Under the pieces are notes generated by a model, which saw only the letters and a program-made list of their open reading frames with translations, searched no databases and was not told the origin of the DNA. From Armatimonadota bacterium (GTDB lineage: Bacteria; Armatimonadota; UBA5829; DTLH01), in assembly GCA_039679675.1 (NCBI GenBank), contig JBDKUN010000021.1:1-64000 (forward strand): a DNA stretch of 64,000 bases. The letters run 5' to 3'. Positions 17,716 to 27,307 of this stretch are shown here, piece by piece (the first letter of the stretch is position 1; every line of letters starts with the position of its first letter). The translations under genes were made by a program, and so were the position numbers.

Positions 17716-20108
17716 TCCTGGCACTGATATTCACGCTGCTGTTCACAGCGGCAGCTTCAGCACAGACTATCGACGAACCGCCGCAGGCGCCGGCTGTCGA
17801 AACTGTGCCGCAAGTCTCTCAGCCCGCGCAAAACCCGAATGCCACCCCCGGGCCGGAGGGAGAGACTCCGCATGAGCCATCACAGCCGCCTACAGGTTAT
17901 GAACCCACGCCGGGCCCAACGGTCACTGTCACAGGAGGGGTAAACGTGCCGGTAGGGCCAAACCAGCTCAGGCTCGACGCCCAGATCTGGCGAGTGGAGT
18001 TCGAAGAAAGCGTAGCCGTACTCGTAACTGCAGAAGGCAATGTGAAAGCAATCTATCAGAACTACACCGTCTTGAGCGAAACAGCCCGTATCGATCTGAA
18101 GACAAAAATAGCGACGTTTTCCGGCAATGTCATCTTTCAGGTGGATGGGCTGGATGTTCACGGTTCAGAATTATCGATCAACCTCGATACCCGTGGGTGG
18201 AACTTCGAATCGGCAAAAAGCGAGATCAAACCGGAGTCGTTTCCTGAGCTGATCAAAGCGCCGGTATTCCTTTCGGGCAGTTCTGTGTCGGGCCGGTCTG
18301 ACAACTTTGCCCAGGCGATCAACGGCGGGTTCACGACCTGCAATCTGGAGCATCCGCACTACTTTATAAGTGCAAAATCAATTGCTGTCTGGCCTAACGA
18401 GAAACTGGTAGCCAGAGACGCAACATTTATTGCACTCGGCAAGCGTATATTCCGAATCCCACTGCTTTCTATCCCGCTTACCAGGCTTAGAGAACGTCCG
18501 AGCATCATGCCCAGTGTCGGACAGACAGAAGAAGAGGGTTTCTTCCTCAAAACTGCTTATACTTATGCAGCGACAGTGGCGAATTCCGGCAACCTTAAGC
18601 TCGACCTGATGACCGAGAAGGGTGTTGGGCTTGGAATAGATGATCTTTACACTGTCAAAACAGGCCAGGGAAACCTTAATCTCTACCAACTGTCAGATAA
18701 AAACCGTGACTTGAACACTCTGACCGGCCGATGGACTCACCAGCAAAAGTTTGGGACAATCACAGCCAATTTGACATCCGATTACCGGGCGAACAGCTAT
18801 CAATACGCCTCGCAATCGACATCTCTCAGCAATGAGCTTCACCTCAGCAGAAACCAGCCGGGGGCATCCACGGACTTCGGCATAAGGCAGTCGCTCAACC
18901 ATGGGTTCGGGCGGTACGGAACCTGGACATCGACGCTGCAGCACAACCAACAGTTCGGAGAACAATCGTCGGCTGTTATCAACTTCGATTATTTCCGGTC
19001 CGAAAGCCCGTTTTCAATAAACAACGAAACGGTAAATGCGGCGACCGCGCAGCTCGTTTCCGGGCTGGACTACAGCCAGCGCGCCAAACGCTACGATTGG
19101 AACCTCAGGATCAACAAGATCAACGATCTTTCGGATGACATACTCATCAAAAATCTCGGCAGCCAGTTTACGGGGACAGAAAAACTTCCAGAGCTGGAGC
19201 TGACGACCAGCGGCGAACGGCTGGGAAAGACTTTCTTCGGGCTTCCGACGCTCCTGAGACTGGCAGTAGGCAAGTATAGTGAAGACCTCGGCAAAGTCGA
19301 GACGGAACGAATGGTGGCGGACATCGATGTCCCTTCCAGAAAGTATAAACTCTCCGACCAGCTCAACCTTGCCGTGGGCGGAGGGTTCCGGCAGTATGTC
19401 TATGGTGACGATACCGCGCAGTATTCCATAGATACCACTGCAGACCTTACCAGGCAGATCGGAAAAGAATCGAGCGCAGCACTCACTTACCGGTTCCTCA
19501 GGCCCAGGGGTTTCACACCGTTCAGGTTCGATTTTATCGGTAAATACAATACTCTGAGCGCGCGGCTGAACATGCGGGAGACACAACGGTTCAGGTTCAG
19601 CCTGTATACCGGCTACAATTTCGAACAGGAGGACTTCCCCTGGCAGGACATCAGCTTCAAGATGGCTTTTGCGCCGAATGATCAATATCTGTTCTACACA
19701 TCGACCGGTTACGACCTGAACCGTTCAAAGTGGCGTTCGCTTATAAACCAGGTAAGGGTCCGGTTGACGGATAATTTCAAACTGGATGTAGGTTCCCGCT
19801 ACGACATAGCCGAAAGCAAACTCGCGAGTATCAAAGCGCAGATAGACACGCCTTTCGGCAGCCTGTGGCACATCCGGGCGAACGCAGGTTACAATGGCTA
19901 CACCAGCGAATTCGACTATAGAAATATCCAGCTGGTGCGCGACCTGCACTGCTGGGAGCTGTCTCTGACTTACGTGGACCAAACATCGTTCTGGCAGCAG
20001 AAAGGGCTTATGCTGAATCTGAGGATAAAAGCCTTCCCGTTGTTCGACAGCTTCGGCGTAGGCCAGTTCGGGCAGGCGCTAGATACGAGTGTTGGGGAAG
20101 AGTTGTAA
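17160..20108 (+). CDS. lptD: LptD-like LPS assembly outer-membrane protein (start uncertain: 17160 to 17523)
   Basis: OstA-like N-domain (AEGNV, FTTC..EHPHY), beta-rich C-terminus with RDLHCWE; signal peptide h-region at about 17690-17765. Confidence 0.85.
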   Translation: MSRQPSAASFQVCNREGCENARKTRKRIFLCFGTAVRPGARVSTNLGYPLRQQATQGKQEPSTPAASASAASSPKQKNTRNVMLNLIQHPGKKWALNQVQGDIFPMLRDRSPSSPVDLPDHMEKHRNLHKFKKLSSAQNTRAEAYQQSEAGKHLRRLWRRLRQQAARSKKTAFLSVPCSLFTIPFVLALIFTLLFTAAASAQTIDEPPQAPAVETVPQVSQPAQNPNATPGPEGETPHEPSQPPTGYEPTPGPTVTVTGGVNVPVGPNQLRLDAQIWRVEFEESVAVLVTAEGNVKAIYQNYTVLSETARIDLKTKIATFSGNVIFQVDGLDVHGSELSINLDTRGWNFESAKSEIKPESFPELIKAPVFLSGSSVSGRSDNFAQAINGGFTTCNLEHPHYFISAKSIAVWPNEKLVARDATFIALGKRIFRIPLLSIPLTRLRERPSIMPSVGQTEEEGFFLKTAYTYAATVANSGNLKLDLMTEKGVGLGIDDLYTVKTGQGNLNLYQLSDKNRDLNTLTGRWTHQQKFGTITANLTSDYRANSYQYASQSTSLSNELHLSRNQPGASTDFGIRQSLNHGFGRYGTWTSTLQHNQQFGEQSSAVINFDYFRSESPFSINNETVNAATAQLVSGLDYSQRAKRYDWNLRINKINDLSDDILIKNLGSQFTGTEKLPELELTTSGERLGKTFFGLPTLLRLAVGKYSEDLGKVETERMVADIDVPSRKYKLSDQLNLAVGGGFRQYVYGDDTAQYSIDTTADLTRQIGKESSAALTYRFLRPRGFTPFRFDFIGKYNTLSARLNMRETQRFRFSLYTGYNFEQEDFPWQDISFKMAFAPNDQYLFYTSTGYDLNRSKWRSLINQVRVRLTDNFKLDVGSRYDIAESKLASIKAQIDTPFGSLWHIRANAGYNGYTSEFDYRNIQLVRDLHCWELSLTYVDQTSFWQQKGLMLNLRIKAFPLFDSFGVGQFGQALDTSVGEEL

Positions 20109-20150
20109 GAAGAATCAGGATCGAAATTCAATCCATGATACCTGTATATA

Positions 20151-20363
20151 TCACTTGCCAGCTATATAATTCCACAAGCTTACCGATGCATATGTGCTAA
20201 TCAGCCCGATAATCCCGCCGATGAGTCCATAAATGCCTCGCTTCTTTTGCCTTTCTTCTTTAGTCGGCCAATACTTGGCAAGTATAAAAAAAACCGGATA
20301 TGCGATAACCATATAAAATATGCCTACTGTGATAGCTTTGTATACATCCCATTTAGTGAACAT
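20151..20363 (-). CDS. Small two-TM hypothetical membrane protein
   Basis: 70 aa, two hydrophobic helices, RBS gagagg, AT-rich. Confidence 0.7.
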   Translation of the reverse strand: MFTKWDVYKAITVGIFYMVIAYPVFFILAKYWPTKEERQKKRGIYGLIGGIIGLISTYASVSLWNYIAGK

Positions 20364-20822
20364 TTGATCGCCTCTCTGAATTCTCCAGGTTTTATGGCAT
20401 AGTAACTACAAATAATAAATCTATCTTATATTGCGTTGGCCAAAAGTCCTTCATTCAAGATTGATGGATTAAAGGAAGAGTTCTATTCTTCGGCGTTCTT
20501 TTTGCGCCGAAGTCCCATGTATCAACATCTGTGGCATGAACAACGCAGCAGATTACCATCTACCAATATAATTCGTCGCAATATATATCACACGGGCTTG
20601 GTTGGAATTCATTCATTTGATAATGCCGAATTGAAAATCCGGAAAGAGGCATTCTGGATTGCAAATCCATGATGATCATATTATCGAGGGGGTATAAATG
20701 CAGCCGGCGGCCGCCTTCGAGAATATCCGGTCTCCCGACCAAATCCCTCGTAGACAGCCGCCCGCCGGAGTCCAGGCCTCACCCCTTTCAGACACCGGCA
20801 GGCAAATCAAGCATGAATCGCT

Positions 20823-20927
20823 CGCTACTTCGGCAACCAGGCTATCATAACCGCGAATCCGCGGCTTTAGACCCTTGGCTTTGCGTACCCCTCGGTTTCC
20901 CCAGAGGCTGCCTTTGTCGGTGTCGCG
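20823..20927 (-). promoter_or_regulatory. c-di-GMP-I (GEMM) riboswitch aptamer 2
   Basis: Minus strand CGACAAAGGCAGCCUCUGGG-GAAA-CCGAGGGGUACGCAAAGCCAAGGGUCUAAA..UAUGAUAGCCUGGUUGCCGAA. Confidence 0.85.
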
Positions 20928-20935
20928 CGTCCAGT

Positions 20936-21080
20936 GGGCTTCGGCAGCCAGGCTACCTTGCGACCCCTGCGCCCATTATTCAGCTCTCGTGCTTCCAAGA
21001 GTTCAATATTGAGCACCGGACCGGTTAGGTCCTATAGCTTTGCGCCCCCGCCTTTCGACGGGTTTGCCATTATCGCGCTC
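20936..21080 (-). promoter_or_regulatory. c-di-GMP-I (GEMM) riboswitch aptamer 1 with extended distal stem
   Basis: Minus strand CGAUAAUGGCAAACCCGUC-GAAA-GGCGGGGGCGCAAAGCUAUAGGACCUAA..(about 65 nt)..AAGGUAGCCUGGCUGCCGAA. Confidence 0.9.
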
Positions 21081-21343
21081 CCTTGCGTAAAATTATTCCC
21101 ATATTCGGTTATCTCTATTCAGTTGTAATCCCCAGCCCGTGTTATTCACATTTCTTGAATAAAACAGGCTGTTTGATTGTCACTTAGATTATGCCGTGTG
21201 GCAGAGCATTCTAACGCTGCAAAAAATACCAGCTTTTTTGTACAGTTTAAACTGCAGAGTTTGAAAACCAGCTCAAGCGGGTAAATTTCAACGGAAGGAA
21301 TCGGCTGCGAGCCTGAAGCAGCCAATTTGTTTGCGGAAACAGC

Positions 21344-22009
21344 ATGCGTATCAAAAATTTGCATCCATGGAATGTCACCCCGGCTGAGGCTGTGCGTATA
21401 CAAAACAATCTGCGCCGTCTCGTATCTCTCGATGACGACTTCGGGCCCGTTCGGGCTATCGCCGGAGTCGATGTCGGGCTCTCTCAAGCTAATGAAATAG
21501 CTACCGGAGGGGTAGTCGTGCTGTCATTTCCCGATCTGGAGCTGATCGAAACGGCTTTCGCGACGAGACCGCTGGAGTTCCCCTACATTCCGGGGCTCCT
21601 GGCCTTTCGAGAAATACCGGCAATTTTGGACGCATTCAAGCTCCTGAAGGCAAAACCTGATATTATGATCGTCGACGGACAAGGTTTGGCGCATCAACGC
21701 AGGTTCGGCATCGCCTGCCACCTCGGAGTCCTGCTCGACCTACCCAGTATAGGCTGCGGAAAGTCCCGGTTGGTCGGCGATTACGAGGAACCAGGCCCCG
21801 AACCGGGCGATTCATCTCCGCTTATGGCAGACGGCGAGCAATTGGGCAATGTTGTCCGCACAAAACTCCGTGTAAAGCCTGTTTTTATCTCCCCAGGCCA
21901 CAGAATCAGCTTCACATCGGCTGTCGAAATGACTCTCAGCTGCGTCAAGGGCTACAGACTGCCCGAACCGGTCAGGCTGGCGCATAATCTGGTTTCATCT
22001 GCTCCTTAA
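21344..22009 (+). CDS. nfi: Endonuclease V
   Basis: IAGVDV, FPYIPGLLAFRE, VDGQGLAHQRRFGIACHLG, SPGH, YRLPEP. Confidence 0.96.
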   Translation: MRIKNLHPWNVTPAEAVRIQNNLRRLVSLDDDFGPVRAIAGVDVGLSQANEIATGGVVVLSFPDLELIETAFATRPLEFPYIPGLLAFREIPAILDAFKLLKAKPDIMIVDGQGLAHQRRFGIACHLGVLLDLPSIGCGKSRLVGDYEEPGPEPGDSSPLMADGEQLGNVVRTKLRVKPVFISPGHRISFTSAVEMTLSCVKGYRLPEPVRLAHNLVSSAP

Positions 22010-22068
22010 AATTGCAGGAATCCCCTCAACAGGCGAATAATTAGTATAATATTACCGGTGCAATCATA

Positions 22069-23079
22069 ATGATTCTTTCTACATTTAAAAGACTACGCCT
22101 CGCGCTCCTCGCGCTTCTTGCGCTGGTGGCACTGGGGACAATAGGCTACAAGCTGATTGAGGGTTGGTCGACCCTCAATGCGCTCTATATGACGGTCATC
22201 ACACTGGCTACGGTCGGATACAAGGAAGTAGCACCGCTTTCCCCGCCGGGGAAAGTATTTACCATCATTCTGATCTCGTTCGGTGTGTCAATCGTATTCT
22301 GGGCAGTAGCAAGCCTTTTCGAGATTGTCATCAGCGAACAGCTTTGGCACACTTTATTGAGGAGACGAATGGAAAACCAGATCAACAAGCTCCAGGATCA
22401 CTATATTATCTGTGGATATGGCAGAATGGGTCAGGAAATAGCCAAGGTATTTTCCAACAGCAAAGTGCCTTACGCGGTGGTTGAAATCAACCCGGAGCAA
22501 CTCCCCAAATTAATCGAGCAAAACATTCCATTCATAGAAGGCAACGCCAGCGACGACAAGGTACTCCTGGCTGCTGGTATAAAACGGGCAAAAGGACTGG
22601 TAACAGTCGCTGCGAGCGATGAAGAGAATGTCTTCATCACCCTGACCGCGCGAGGGCTGAGCCCTGATCTCTTTATAGTCGCACGGTCGATACGCGAGGA
22701 AAACGAAGACAAGCTGAAAAGAGCTGGCGCAAACAAAGTGATGTCGCCTTACATCTCTGGCGGGAGGCGGATGGCGTTCGCTGCGCTCAGACCCCAGGTA
22801 CTGGAGTTCCTTGATGCAGCAATACGGGCGGATGACATTACATTTGAGCTCGATGATGTGAATGTCACAAGCAAATCCCCGTTCGTTGGCAAGCGGATAA
22901 ACGAGTCCAGGATCAGAGAGACATCCGGCGCAATGATACTTGCGGTCAGGTCATCGAACGGCACGCTGAATTACAACCCGAACCCGAACACGGTGCTCAT
23001 CGATGGAGACACATTGATCCTCGTAGGCACCCCGGCGGAGCTTAACACCGCCCAGGCTTACGCCGCCGGTCACAATTGA
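22069..23079 (+). CDS. Two-TM potassium channel protein with RCK_N/RCK_C (TrkA) domains
   Basis: TLATVGY pore motif, ICGYGRMG. Confidence 0.92.
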   Translation: MILSTFKRLRLALLALLALVALGTIGYKLIEGWSTLNALYMTVITLATVGYKEVAPLSPPGKVFTIILISFGVSIVFWAVASLFEIVISEQLWHTLLRRRMENQINKLQDHYIICGYGRMGQEIAKVFSNSKVPYAVVEINPEQLPKLIEQNIPFIEGNASDDKVLLAAGIKRAKGLVTVAASDEENVFITLTARGLSPDLFIVARSIREENEDKLKRAGANKVMSPYISGGRRMAFAALRPQVLEFLDAAIRADDITFELDDVNVTSKSPFVGKRINESRIRETSGAMILAVRSSNGTLNYNPNPNTVLIDGDTLILVGTPAELNTAQAYAAGHN

Positions 23080-23114
23080 CAAGAGCGGGCGCTGCCGGCT
23101 CAGAGAGGCTTATT

Positions 23115-23603
23115 ATGAAAAAAATCGGATTCGCATTGTTCTCGATAGTGGTAATAGCTCTGGCAGTAGGCTACATTGTGGTAAACAGGAACACTGCGTC
23201 AGACCAGGACCAGATTGTCACGCTCATCGAACGCGGCAGGCAAAGCGTCGAGGCTAAATCTCTCGATTCTGCCATGGCGTGTGTTTCCAGAAGTTACAAA
23301 GACAACGGCGAGATGAACTACGACCGGATCAAACTGCTTATTACCGAAGCATTTCGTTCCGATTCACACTACGAAGCAACGGTGGACAATCCCGTTATAG
23401 ATATGCAAGGCACTGGTAAAGCCCGTGCAAAAGCGCATGTAACGGTATTTGCGGTCCGTTCAGATGATAAGCAAGAAGTCTTCTCGGGCAATATCATATT
23501 TTCTCTGACGAAGGAGCGGACGCGCAAATACCTGATCTTCCCCACTCATGAATGGAAGGTAAGCGGGGTCGAAGGACTTGGCAGGATTTTCGACCTGCTG
23601 TAG
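23115..23603 (+). CDS. Hypothetical membrane-anchored protein (possible NTF2-like fold)
   Basis: N-terminal TM helix; follows the K+ channel gene. Confidence 0.65.
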   Translation: MKKIGFALFSIVVIALAVGYIVVNRNTASDQDQIVTLIERGRQSVEAKSLDSAMACVSRSYKDNGEMNYDRIKLLITEAFRSDSHYEATVDNPVIDMQGTGKARAKAHVTVFAVRSDDKQEVFSGNIIFSLTKERTRKYLIFPTHEWKVSGVEGLGRIFDLL

Positions 23604-23626
23604 AGATGTACGCCGCAGACGAAGCA

Positions 23627-23827
23627 TCAGTAGGTCGGCGCGGTCACTTCGTTCACATCAACTGTGACCCCATGGTCGATATTCAACAGAGACTCCTGTA
23701 TGATGTCGCGAATTTCCTCCGGGCTGACCATCTCGCCATTACTCTGAGACCAGACTATCGTAACCGAAAACTGCTGCCGCTGCGGCTGTTCTTCTTCGCT
23801 CATATATTCATCGTTGTTATTGCGCAT
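23627..23827 (-). CDS. Small acidic hypothetical protein
   Basis: 66 aa with RBS ggagg. Confidence 0.65.
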   Translation of the reverse strand: MRNNNDEYMSEEEQPQRQQFSVTIVWSQSNGEMVSPEEIRDIIQESLLNIDHGVTVDVNEVTAPTY

Positions 23828-24008
23828 TGCTAACCTCCAATACCCGTTTCCGTATTATTACCCCGCGCGGCAGCCTGTCCTAATCATTTCTGTTACCTAT
23901 CGTAATTATTACGCAGAACTTTTTTGTCGAAATTTGCGTTCAGAAACGGCAGATAGTGGTAGAATTAATAACGTATAGACTGCTCAACAATATTCTATCA
24001 GGGTCAAA

Positions 24009-25127
24009 ATGAACTGGTTATGTAAAAAAAGCATCCACTATATCGCGATTTTTGCACCTCTTGCTATCGCTGTCCCGGCTGTGCTCTACAGCGGAAGCGT
24101 TAACAAAGGGTATTCCTATAAGCCCTCCATATCCCTTCCGGACATATCTTCGGAACCTGGTTCTGAGACTCAGTCCGTCCAGATGGCATTCCTGCCGGGT
24201 GATAATCTGACGCTCAGTCCATTCCCTCTCCAGCCGCTTCGGTCTGCTTTCAGCAGCAGATCGGCTATCAGTACAAGGCTTATCGACTGGCGGTTATTCC
24301 GTGACGAGCTGGGATCATACGAGATAGAACTGAAGTCCGACCCGGATGAAATGACTAACGTCCAACTAGCCGCAAATGCCATAAACGGAGTTATCGTCCA
24401 GCCGTTCGACACATTCTCGTTCAACGCAGCGGTCGGAGAACGCTCCGGCGAACGCGGGTTCAGGTCCGGGCTGATGTTTTCGAACGGAGAAGTCATATCA
24501 GGCATAGGCGGCGGTGTATGCCTTGTCTCTACCGCGCTCTACAATTGCGCACTTGAGGCCGGATGCAAGATCATCGAGCGCGCACACCATTCCGGCCCGG
24601 TCCGCTACGCCGGTCCGGGGCTGGACGCGGCAGTAGTCTACGGCACGCTTGATATGAGGTTCAAGAACGATACACCTTCGCCCAAGCTCATCCAGGCAAA
24701 AGTTGAAGATGGCAGACTGATCGTCAGCATAAACGGCAAGAAACAGCCGGGGTATTCGGTAGAAATAGTAAAATCAGGCTATAAAGAACTGCCTTATAAG
24801 ATCATCGAAGTAGAAGACCCTGCCTTGCCGGATGGAGAAGTAAAGGTAAAGACTCCGGCAAGGACAGGTTACGATGTGAGCATCGCAAGGATCATCAGAC
24901 AGGACGGCAAAATCATCAAACGCGAGGACATGAACCATGATTATATGCCCGCGAGGAATAAAGTCGTTCTCATCCCACCAAAACCCAAAGAAGAACAGCT
25001 CGAAGAGCCCAAACCCGTTCAAGTATGCGAGCCCGCAGAGCCGAAATGTGCAGAATGCAAGGAAGAGAAGTTGCAGGGCGAGGGGATTAATGTAGAGCTG
25101 GACAAGCAGCCTCCACACACACCATAA
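24009..25127 (+). CDS. VanW family protein with G5-like domain
   Basis: FSFNAAVGER, GGGVCLVSTALYN, ERAHHS, GLDAAV, DMRFKN. Confidence 0.9.
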   Translation: MNWLCKKSIHYIAIFAPLAIAVPAVLYSGSVNKGYSYKPSISLPDISSEPGSETQSVQMAFLPGDNLTLSPFPLQPLRSAFSSRSAISTRLIDWRLFRDELGSYEIELKSDPDEMTNVQLAANAINGVIVQPFDTFSFNAAVGERSGERGFRSGLMFSNGEVISGIGGGVCLVSTALYNCALEAGCKIIERAHHSGPVRYAGPGLDAAVVYGTLDMRFKNDTPSPKLIQAKVEDGRLIVSINGKKQPGYSVEIVKSGYKELPYKIIEVEDPALPDGEVKVKTPARTGYDVSIARIIRQDGKIIKREDMNHDYMPARNKVVLIPPKPKEEQLEEPKPVQVCEPAEPKCAECKEEKLQGEGINVELDKQPPHTP

Positions 25128-25202
25128 ACCAATGGTGTACGGCCGCAGATTACATCAAAAATAAAAAGGCCGGGGGTCATCCGGCCAAATCTGTCCCCCG
25201 CT

Positions 25203-25682
25203 TCATGCAGTCAGCGAAGACATAAGCGCCATGACTTTGTGGTATGTCACAAACTGATAAAACTCCATCCCTATGGATGACTTTACCAGCATATCGGGAA
25301 GGACGCCTCCCGTGCTTGCAGCAATAGCCAATAGCTTCATGACTACATGCCCCAGAATAATCGCAACCCCTATTCCAAGCACACCGCCGAGGGGATGATC
25401 GAATGTATCGAGCGTAATGAGCGTTGCATCGTATACCTTTTTGCCGATAAACAAAAGGGCTATTGCCAATACGGCGAAAGCCCCGGCGAATAACAACGCT
25501 TCATTTGCCTGAGACTCACTTATAAAACAAAAAGATTTGGCCAGTTGAGGGACAACAATAGGAACCAATCGGACAGCAACAAAAAGTGCGATAAAATCGA
25601 ATATAGCCTTCCCAAACCCGCGTTTTGCTTCGAAAACCATTATGCCGAGGAGGATTATGACCAGAAAAACATCGATAATCAC
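25203..25682 (-). CDS. CvpA family membrane protein
   Basis: MIIDV..KRGF, D..LGGVLG; four hydrophobic segments. Confidence 0.75.
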   Translation of the reverse strand: MIIDVFLVIILLGIMVFEAKRGFGKAIFDFIALFVAVRLVPIVVPQLAKSFCFISESQANEALLFAGAFAVLAIALLFIGKKVYDATLITLDTFDHPLGGVLGIGVAIILGHVVMKLLAIAASTGGVLPDMLVKSSIGMEFYQFVTYHKVMALMSSLTA

Positions 25683-25722
25683 GCAGCATCACCCCATTTA
25701 GCAAGATCAAAAAACTACTTTT

Positions 25723-26580
25723 CTAATCTTTTACGGCTTTCAGCGCGCCGTAACCGACGACCTGGCTTGTGTCGCCGATAATGTCGCCGGATGTGTAATA
25801 CGATAACAAATCGGCCCTCTTTGCCCCAAGAGACCGGTGCGCCGCGAGCGCGATTGCCGTTGGCACCACCCCACACATCGATATGTCCATTCGTGCGACG
25901 ACGTCGATCAGTCCGGCATAATCCAGTGACTCCATCGCCGCGATAGCTGCTCTGTCCTTTCGTTCGGCCTCAGCCTTAGGCTGGTAGTGTGTTAGATCTG
26001 TGCTGGCGATCACGACGGCGTTCTTGCCATCGATTGCAGATGTAATAGCCCTACCTAATTCTTCCGCATACAGCAGGGCATCTTCCCATGCAATAATAGA
26101 AATTAATATGGGGACAATTTTTGTCTTGCCGCCGAGGTATTGCAAAAACGGGACCTGTACCTCCAGCGAATGCTCCGGTTGATGGGCGCGGTTATCTTCG
26201 GTGACGAGATCGGTTGCGCCCATAATCGCGCGTGCCGCGTCCGAATCAATCTCAACTTCACCAAATGGAGTCAGCCAAGATCCCTGCGGCATAATCGCCG
26301 CCGGAGCGCCGATTCCACGGTGGTTGGGTCCGATCAAAACAGCAGTATCGGGAAGCCCGTCATCAGCGAGGTCGAAAAACGCTGATGCGGTGGCATAACC
26401 GGAAAACCGGTAACCTGCATGCGGGCATATCAGCCCGACTATATTTCGGGTTATGATCGGAGCAGGAACAGGAAGGCGCCCCGGCCCATAGGGCCCCAGA
26501 AAACAGGCGTCCATCGTCTCCCGGAGGTCTTCCGGCGACTCATCGTAAAACAACCCCGCAACCGCTGGCTGGCGTATCAT
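25723..26580 (-). CDS. amrB: AmmeMemoRadiSam system protein B (MEMO1 family)
   Basis: RQPAVAGLFY, PHAGYRFSG, GPNH, EHSLEVQVPFLQ, STDLTHY, SMCG, VVGY. Confidence 0.93.
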   Translation of the reverse strand: MIRQPAVAGLFYDESPEDLRETMDACFLGPYGPGRLPVPAPIITRNIVGLICPHAGYRFSGYATASAFFDLADDGLPDTAVLIGPNHRGIGAPAAIMPQGSWLTPFGEVEIDSDAARAIMGATDLVTEDNRAHQPEHSLEVQVPFLQYLGGKTKIVPILISIIAWEDALLYAEELGRAITSAIDGKNAVVIASTDLTHYQPKAEAERKDRAAIAAMESLDYAGLIDVVARMDISMCGVVPTAIALAAHRSLGAKRADLLSYYTSGDIIGDTSQVVGYGALKAVKD

Positions 26581-26716
26581 TTTCTGGCCTCCTTGTAAAT
26601 CAATCTGTCCGATTAGTATAGCGTTACAACACCCTGTGTCAAGGTGATTCTATAGTATTTCCGGCTTGTTTCCAAATCTTTACCTGGTAATATTACCTGA
26701 ATTTGCAATTAACCTC

Positions 26717-26745
26717 TTGACATCGGTTCAAACCTCTGCTAGATT
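26717..26745 (+). promoter_or_regulatory. Candidate sigma-70 promoter
   Basis: TTGACA-17 bp-TAGATT with extended TGn. Confidence 0.55.
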
Positions 26746-27169
26746 GCTATTGTAATGAATACTAAGAGCGGCAAGCAGTAAATTCGCTAAACTAAAATAA
26801 GCCGCCAAACTGGATTCTGTAGTGGAAGCCGAAAAGAGTTAGTCCTTAAGGCTATAGAGTGGGTTGACTAGTTACAACAGGGGAACCTGCATCTTCTACC
26901 ACACTTCCTCAGAAATACCAGTAGTATCCAGCACCACCATTACACTGTGAAAGGTTGACAGGTGTCCGAGTTGCAGTTATATTCCGGATACTTCAACATA
27001 GCTGGGAAGATCGACAAAGAGGCAGCACGCCCTCGAATTGCCACGAGTCTTCTACGCGCATATTACACAGTCCTTCTCGGAGGTGAATCGCGCTAACCAA
27101 ACCGGCGCAACTGGTCCAAGCTTAATCATATAATTATTCCCATACTGAAATCACGCTCTAATTGCGAAT

Positions 27170-27185
27170 TGGCATGTTTTTTGCA
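27170..27185 (+). promoter_or_regulatory. Sigma-54 promoter 1
   Basis: TGGCATG-TTTT-TTGCA, correct -24/-12 spacing. Confidence 0.75.
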
Positions 27186-27291
27186 CAATTATTAACTGTA
27201 GCCGAGTTTCAGTAAGGGATAATATAAAAACAAAGTTTTTCAAAGCTTGTGATCAAATATCCCAAACTGAAATCGAGCTTAACAAGAGAAT

Positions 27292-27307
27292 TGGCATAGA
27301 ACTTGCA
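27292..27307 (+). promoter_or_regulatory. Sigma-54 promoter 2
   Basis: TGGCATA-GAAC-TTGCA, correct -24/-12 spacing, 113 bp upstream of the PEP-CTERM gene. Confidence 0.8.

Noticed and set aside
20436..21128. Short ORFs across the riboswitch region
   Set aside because: They show no protein-like features and the sequence is better explained as structured RNA
22195..22230. Non-canonical K+ filter TVGYK
   Set aside because: Variation at this position is, to my knowledge, common in this two-TM RCK channel family
25723..26580. Complete AmmeMemoRadiSam system
   Set aside because: Only protein B is present, and dispersal of these genes is not unusual
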